Assembly: GCF_000150275.1 (NCBI RefSeq)
Contig: NW_002060943.1
Span: forward strand, 2,014,987-2,078,986
Length of the DNA stretch: 64,000 bases
Direction of reading: 5' to 3'
Source: Trichoplax adhaerens
Taxonomy: Eukaryota; Animalia; Placozoa
Translations under genes and position numbers: made by a program
Notes under the pieces: generated by a model
Database searches by the model: none
Told to the model about the DNA's origin: nothing
The model's input: the letters and a program-made list of their open reading frames with translations, nothing else
In this document: piece by piece, positions 53,701-64,000 of the stretch
Numbering within the stretch: the first letter of the stretch is position 1
How the letters are laid out: each line of letters begins with the position of its first letter

Positions 53701-55039
53701 GCATTGTACAATTATTGCCTAAAATTTGCATGCTTGTACAAATACACAACGGATTGATCAAGTAGGAGAGATGCAGTGGAATGTGATCTACGCGTGTTAG
53801 TCTTTTCCTTTGGCATCATCTTGTACAGAGAGTGTAGAAGGATTGCTGCCGTTTCGGATACTTTATGCATCACTCAACTGCATCATAGTACTTAAGACAC
53901 AGTCTTACTTGGCCACTGCGCATTATAGGAATATTATTATTATTTCATCTTGGCAATAACGTACTAACGAGGTTGGAAATACTTGCAACATTATCAGCCA
54001 ATACATGTAAGTGCAAGACAAAGACAGTAGACATTGAAAATTGATCTCGCCATTCACGGATATTTGATGTACTACGCTATCGTTTTGATCACCCTCTTTG
54101 ATTGGAAACGTTTCAAGTTGAAGAAATACAGTTCTTAACTTGATCTAAATCAACAAAACGATACAGACTAAAAACAGCAATCTAATAAACTCTTGATCGT
54201 GTCTAGCAAGAGAACAAGGTAGAAATCCTACCCATGCTTTTGTTGTAAACATTTCCAAATTGATAACTCCAAATTGTCAATAACTTCATTTCTTCAAGGT
54301 TCACAATTTCTACCATAGAAATTGTATAAACTACATCAACATCGTTCCCTCGTAATATTTCAATTAAGACTGACACTACTATATTCCCAAGGGACGTTGA
54401 AATGTTGACCATAGTAGAATAGATCATCAATTCTTACTCCTCTGCATCCATTACTTCGTATAGATTAATTAATTAATTATTATTATCATTGACAATCCTG
54501 AAAATTTCCCTCTTATTGCAGTACAGTACTTGAGCTAGCTACCTCTGCCAAACAACGAATGCGGAAATACGGACACGGTGACACGGCAACCCTGACGTTG
54601 TGCAATTCATTGCAATGAGTGCAGTGCATGTTGTTGTTGTTTTTTCCTATTCGATTCGCTTCCCTAATTAGCTTAAAACCAAAATATCACACAGTCGGCG
54701 AATTGGATAAACAACTTTATCCTTACCAACTATTCCAATGTTCATCTATGCAGTATTGACCGTTGACTATCACCCAGCAACAGTTATTCAAAGAAAGAAT
54801 CATGGATTGATGAAAGATCAAAACTACCTTACTTTCTAATAAAAAATGACTGGTTTAGCTGCTGTGCCATAGAGGATGAAGATGATCCCACTGAACAGCA
54901 CTACAGCAATTTATTCGATCAGTCAAGAGATTGATTTAATCCTTGAAGATTGACTTGTAATTTTAACGTCACTCAGTTAGCTAGCGTAGAAGTGCTGCTG
55001 CCAATCAATTTTTACACAGCGCACTATTTGAACTGTACA

Positions 55040-55590
55040 TACAGTATATTATATCAGGCATCAAGTCTTTTTTAAAACATACACAAATGTGGGTTAGGTC
55101 AAAGTCGTATGAAGAATGAAATTAGCTAGCTTCTACCGTTTAGAGAGTCTCTTTTTCTATGCTGTAGTGTTGAGTTAGTACATACAGTATATTGTAGCAG
55201 GCATCAAGTCTTTTTTAAAACATATACAAATGTGGGTTAGGTCAAAGTTGTATGAAGAATGAAATTAGCTAGCTTCTACCGTTTAGAGTCTCTTTTTCCA
55301 TGCTGTAGTATTTAGTTAGTGCATACAGTATGTTGTAGCAGGCATCAAGTCTTTTTTAAAACATATGCAAAATGTGGGTTAGGTCAAGGTTGTAAGAAGA
55401 ATGAAATTATCTAGCTTCTACCGTTTGGAAAGTCTCTTTTTCCTTGCTGTAGTATTTAGTTAGTACATACAGTATGTTGTAGCAAGCATCAAGTCTTTAC
55501 TAGAATATATACAAAATGTGGGTTAGGTCAAAGTTGTATGAAGAATGAAATTAGCTAGCTTCTACCGTTTAGAGAGTTTCTTTCCATGCT
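55040..55590. repeat. Minisatellite, 4 highly similar copies of a ~143-bp unit
   Basis: gcatcaagtctttt...aaatgtgggttaggtcaa.gt.gta.gaagaatgaaatta.ctagcttctaccgttt at about 55058, 55201, 55342 and 55486. Confidence 0.93.
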
Positions 55591-57637
55591 ACTCTAGACT
55601 ATATGTTCACCTCGGCTTTATTGAAAAATGGACATCGTATGGAAAACATTGTTTACAGCCTCTTAGCCTCAGGCTTCACTAGAAAGTGGACTGTAATAAG
55701 ACATCAAAAATAAAAGATAGACCGCTAGAGTCATCGCTCTCGATACTGCTGCGCGATGTATTACTATACTTCTGTATCTACGGCAACAGTCTACTTATTC
55801 GTACTGATAACAATAGTTATAATTAATAGAATAATTTATCCCTGATGACTTCTATGAGTCAATCTGTGCGTTCCTTTTAAGAGCAGCCTGTTCTATCCGC
55901 TAGCAACAGGGGCCCTTTTACCACTCAACTGTACATGACTATTGATTAGACGTATTATTCACCACTGTCTTTCATAAATTGAGTTAAATTAGTATACCAC
56001 CCCCCTGTACAGTTTAAAGTTCACATAATGTATTTCTTAATGGTTTTATTTTTTGGAAATTCTTGTCATCAATAACTTTTATTGTAGAGAGCTTAGTTAC
56101 AGATTGAATTGATCGTTGTTTTTGAAACGCAATAAACAACTTTCCGCACAATTATCCACAAATTTACACAATAAATGGAGGCCGAATATCACACTTGGGA
56201 GTACAACTAGTACAACACTACAACATCATGCTATCCAATAAGTCATAAATGATCTGCATATATTGTATCCTCATGAAGATAGTAGATTGCTTTGTAATTT
56301 CTTTACCGCTATACAGTGTTAATTATGTTATTGAATGTATATTTTTTCCTTACGCGGTATAAAATCTCAACAATGATTATAATTGTATACTGTACGTTGC
56401 TGTTCCGATCTTTATACACATCCGCCTCTATTCGATATAGGGCCTATCCGGGATATATTTTTAAAGTACATCACCAAATAATATTCATATTCAAACTTCA
56501 CGGTGATTATAATTATAATTGACCGAACTCACTGATAACAGACAGGAAATTATTGGCTTGCAAATGTTGACGATGCATTTTTACTCCATTTGTTGATATT
56601 TTAGTTAAGAATCAGCGACGTTTAATCAATCAGGTATAGTACACTTGCTCAATAAACTTATTAAAAAAAGAGTTAGCTTAGATCGGCCACATTTTCATCC
56701 ACGTATCTTCGTTATCGTCAAAGTTATATCGTAACAACAGGATCAACAATGAGAAGAGGCTAGCGGATTGAATAAGGCATTAACTACTTGTTGTAAAGTA
56801 ACAACCGACCAATTGATTACCCTGTATAAATGCCACATCTACTGTACTTTATCGCTGATAATAAGACAAGCAAATACAATAATCTCTTGTGATAAAAGTT
56901 TGCAATGGGACTGCATCTACGAAATGCTTAGATAATTACTATAATTACGGTATCTAAACAGGGAAGATGTTGTTCTTTTCCCACTAGTACTAGATTATAG
57001 CAGACTTGCTTATTTTTTGTTTGAAATAATGCATTTACCAATGATGCCTTCCATAATATAATATATAATTCCCAAGCAATAATATTAATTTAATAATTGA
57101 AGCATTAACAACACAATTTTATGCTGTACATTTGCACTACGTACATTGTTTATTTATTCGTACACAATGTGCAACGTACTTGTGAAACAGAGAAAAAGAT
57201 TGATTGTTTTAATGATTATATAATCGCCTACTTGCAATCTTTCAGATCAAAATCAGATCATGTGTATTAGCCAGCCTTGAAGCGGTGTTAATTAATGTAG
57301 TGCCAATAGTTTATGTAGCTGTTAACGTAGCATAATGAAAACATTGATTCTAGTTGTGTACACTTTAAGATCATTTACGATAATGTACTCGTAATACCAT
57401 ACTGTTGTGTTCTATTGGCTGCCTGTATCTCGTACTATTTTATAATCTCCTACTTTGCAACCCGTATTTTACTACTATACTGCTCTCATCCTTGGTTGCT
57501 ACTGCAAAACAATATGGTACTACGTACTTACTAGTATCCGATATGACACTATTACGCAGTTATGAAATATGCAATCAATCTTTATCTATTTACACGTATC
57601 TCAATTTTTTTTCCTGATCGCTAGATAAGATTTTGAT

Positions 57638-60537
<2,900 letters not shown>

Positions 60538-61751
60538 ATCGTACAGTCTTTATCCTAATGGCCGCTACAAAAAATGTACTTTATCTAGTTAGATGATAGC
60601 TCTTTCCTTAGCATTCATGAACTAATCAGATATTGATATGAACAGGAAAGAAATATGTAGTAGCTATTGCGTACAGTAAGACAACAGTTACTGTAAACAT
60701 GTACTATTTCTGCTTAGTCGTCCTGACAGATGGTATGTGTGCCGTAAGTTGACAGATCGACGTATGAGTACTGGAACTGTAGACAATAAGCAGGAAAGTT
60801 TCTCAGCGGTCGCTTAAACCATAGCACATGCCTTACTCTGTTAGTACGTTTCGTTGTAGCTAGTTAAAACTATAGAGATAGCCCTTTTGCTTTCTATGGT
60901 TTAAACAATCTACGTCCGTAGAATTAATATCTAGCACGTTTACGGGCATACGGTAGACGTAAATGCGATATCGCTTATCTGGTTTGCGGCTTAGAATTAT
61001 TTTGTCAGATTATGCAAGAGGACTCCACGCACTTTCTTAGCACTTGATCCGTATTATACGGAAATGTATGTTAATGAAGCCGCGTAGATATTAAATATCT
61101 AATTTCATACTTAAATTGAGCTTTATGTCACAACTGCAAAAAGTTAATATATAATAGTTATTCTGAAATAGATTCTTACCGAATATATCATGGATTTTAG
61201 TATAAAAAGTCTCAAATATATCATTAATGTCTGTACACGGTATCTTATGACTAATTAGATCTTACTGCAAGATGTCGTTGAAGCGGAAAATTTATGTTAC
61301 TTCTTCACTTGTTTACATAACTACTATAAGTATTTTTGAGAGACAACTTGTATGTATCACGATCTACGCAATAGATATTTATTACATTGTGCAGTAAATC
61401 GACTCGGAATAGAGGCATTTTTAAATTGAAAGTTTTTGATGTGTATCGATGTGTTTCCAGGATTGTGATTACTCGTGATGTTGAAGATGTTAGTTTCTAT
61501 TTATAGTTATAAAGTGCTGATGAAATACTGTACAGTGTACACGTATCGTAAATAGATTGCTAAAAAGCCAATATTAAGCATGGATGCATCTTAATTAAGG
61601 CCATACGTCACCTGGTTTATATTACAGGAATACTAGTTCATTTTGTAAGCCAAATATTCGATCAGTGCGTGGTATACATTACCAGTATGTGATAATTCCT
61701 AAAATAATATTACAGTGGGCAATGTGCAATTGTGCATGCATACATGGACAG

Positions 61752-61804
61752 TAGCCCTAACCATTTTGCATAAATTACTTTTTTATGCAAAATGGTTAGG
61801 GCTA
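61752..61804. repeat. Perfect inverted repeat, 23-nt arms, 7-nt loop
   Basis: tagccctaaccattttgcataaa-ttacttt-tttatgcaaaatggttagggcta. Confidence 0.95.
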
Positions 61805-62366
61805 ATGGATAAAGGACACACATTAACCATTTTAAGCCTTAGTTTTAACACGGTTACAATGCATTGTATTTTAAAGTACTCGTATTACTAACTAACGTAG
61901 TTATACACCTACAGCCTTACACAATAACGGATTCTATAACAAAGTTTCATGCCATTGATGGTATGAAAATTTATTTTGTGATACAGTATTTTGTACAGCA
62001 TAATGACCCATCGACTGATATCGACTTAAGTATGTTGTAGCTTGTAAATAAAGCCCCAATGTTTTGAATTTATCATATCTACCAACGCACTTTAAGATTC
62101 ATGATTTAATTTTAGAATAAACCATAAATGTGCAAATAGGTACATTAACCTACAGAATCGCTTAGACAATTTGTGCTTTTAAATATAGAAAATTTTTTAA
62201 TTATAAGATTCAAATATTTTAGGGTCATATAATATCGTCTTAACTTGAGCTACTTAGATTACAATCAAGCCATCAACGATAGCCTGTTTACATGAATTTA
62301 TCCAACGTTTAACGTATTTTGCAAATGATAACATTATCTAGGATTAATTATTACTAGATGTTTAAT

Positions 62367-63383
62367 TTAAACACAGCCTAGCAATGCTTTCCGCGATTTT
62401 ATCGCCATTGATTTTAGAAGAGATGATGGAATACCATGTACAGCAATAACTTTATTGTATTCACATAATTCATTCGGTATTGGTCCAAAGGGTCTAAAAC
62501 CCGGATCATCGCGAGGCTTTAGTTTAATTTCTTTAGCCAACATTCCGACATAAGCATCATCAATCGGTATTTTTCGAACCTTTGGTACTACTGTAACCAT
62601 AGAACGTACTACATCCATAGAAATGACATAGGAGAAACCGGAACAGTAATCAGGATAGGTTGATATAGGTAGATCTTTTTCACTGACGTAATATCGATTA
62701 TATTCTTGCCGGTTAACAAGACAACTTGACATAACATGACCTATAAATAATTTTTTACTTTCTTTTGAAGCCAATTTTCGAAATAAGGTTGACGGATTTA
62801 ACATCACATCATCGTCTCCTTTATAATAGTACTTGGCCGTATTGCAATGTAGGTTCGCCCATTCCATGCCAAAAACAGTTTTGTAGGTTAAATTACGAAA
62901 ACTATCACCGAAATCAGCTAAAACGATATCACCATATTTTAATGCCTCTGTATCGACAATATTGTTAAGTGTTTTACTATAACTATCACCGATAATGAAT
63001 ATAGTTCGCCATGCATGATTGCCGAACGCATTACGGATAAAATCGGGTTTACCCCAAGTCTCACGTATGGAAGATCTGCGTTCATAATTTTTGGGAGCAC
63101 TATTGATCATCAATAAGATGATGTTATTACTTTGACAAGGCTTAGCAGATGGTCTGTTACTGAAGAAACGTAATTTGATAGGTGCTACACTGGCATTTGG
63201 GGAGATTCGAGTATCAATAGCGACTGGTTCAGTATTAGAGTCGATTATCGTAAAGCTATTAAGAAATTCTCTGCGAAGAAATAGCTGACGGCTAGCAGAT
63301 TTGAATAACGTGTAGTAAATTATGAAAGCGAAGACAAGGTTAGCAATTAAAGATAAGTAGAGCATTAAAGTTCTCCTCTCCAT
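62367..63383 (-). CDS. GT31 beta-1,3-galactosyl/GlcNAc-transferase (B3GALT/B3GNT-like), type II membrane protein, single coding exon
   Basis: N-terminal TM helix, SAPKNYERRSSIRETWG, YGDIVLADFGDSFRNLTYKT, DxD motif KGDDDV, YPDYCSG and IDDAYVG. Confidence 0.95.
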   Translation of the reverse strand: MERRTLMLYLSLIANLVFAFIIYYTLFKSASRQLFLRREFLNSFTIIDSNTEPVAIDTRISPNASVAPIKLRFFSNRPSAKPCQSNNIILLMINSAPKNYERRSSIRETWGKPDFIRNAFGNHAWRTIFIIGDSYSKTLNNIVDTEALKYGDIVLADFGDSFRNLTYKTVFGMEWANLHCNTAKYYYKGDDDVMLNPSTLFRKLASKESKKLFIGHVMSSCLVNRQEYNRYYVSEKDLPISTYPDYCSGFSYVISMDVVRSMVTVVPKVRKIPIDDAYVGMLAKEIKLKPRDDPGFRPFGPIPNELCEYNKVIAVHGIPSSLLKSMAIKSRKALLGCV

Positions 63384-64000
63384 CTATAATCCATTTATTT
63401 GACAAGGTATAAACCTGCAAGAGATGAGAAATTCAGCATCTCGATTGGCACGCTAATGTTTACTGTAATTTCATTCACTAACACCATCGTACGCATACCA
63501 TCAATAAATTATATCATAATATATCTTGAATTTACACTTGCCATTTTAATTATAGATTCAAAAATACCTGTTATCCATACGTTATATTGAAGAGCTGGAG
63601 TATGCGTAAGCAAGACAATGATCCACCATGATATGATTTAAAAATACCATTGCTAACAAAATCAGTATTGATCATTCAGAAGAGAGTTGAAGAGTAATTC
63701 TACCTCCTAATACAAGCTTAGCATATTACAATAGTGTACAGTAGCTAGGTGGATTGTTTACTGTTGTCCAAATTTACAGGCTAAATAGCGCTGCACTGTA
63801 ATAAGTTGTTATCGATTCATTTGTAGGAATGCAAAGATTTTAAACTCTATTCTATCAACCTCTTACAGTAATAGGAATTATACTCATATGATAGTTCAAT
63901 GAGTTGAAAAAACGTCCATTAGCCCAATAACTGACGGTGAGTCTACTGTATACTGTATGCATTGTGCAGTAAGGTATTTTGCAATACATCCTATCCGAAT

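Noticed and set aside
55040-55590. CRISPR-like appearance of repeat arrays (also 26271-26640, 2430-3090)
   Set aside because: Whole units repeat without unique spacers, there are no cas genes, and the context is eukaryotic.
61755-61801. Telomeric CCCTAA/TTAGGG
   Set aside because: Single hexamers within the inverted repeat, not an array.

Overview
AT-rich, intron-dense animal DNA with short GT-AG introns and two 50-N assembly gaps (21179-21228, 24871-24920). Gene content and compactness suggest a placozoan such as Trichoplax; this is an inference. Left to right the window holds a patatin/ATGL-like lipase (-), a 4CL/luciferase-like acyl-CoA synthetase ending in SKL (-), and a Glu-rich repeat protein (+) with a degenerate duplicate. 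It continues with two tandem CTR9 paralogues (+), a RHNO1/RHINO-like gene (-) head-to-head with SAAL1 (+), the NDR kinase STK38 (+) and a GT31 beta-1,3-glycosyltransferase (-). The standout is an intronless ORF of at least 799 aa (18768-21178, -) between the two Glu-rich copies. It carries bacterial-type ABC-ATPase motifs fused to a TOPRIM nuclease domain, the architecture of OLD/PARIS/Gabija-class anti-phage proteins, and is a candidate domesticated defence nuclease in an animal. Also notable are patchy homogenisation (apparent gene conversion) between the CTR9 copies, two long hairpins and several minisatellites. All calls come from reading the sequence and recalled motifs; no searches were run.
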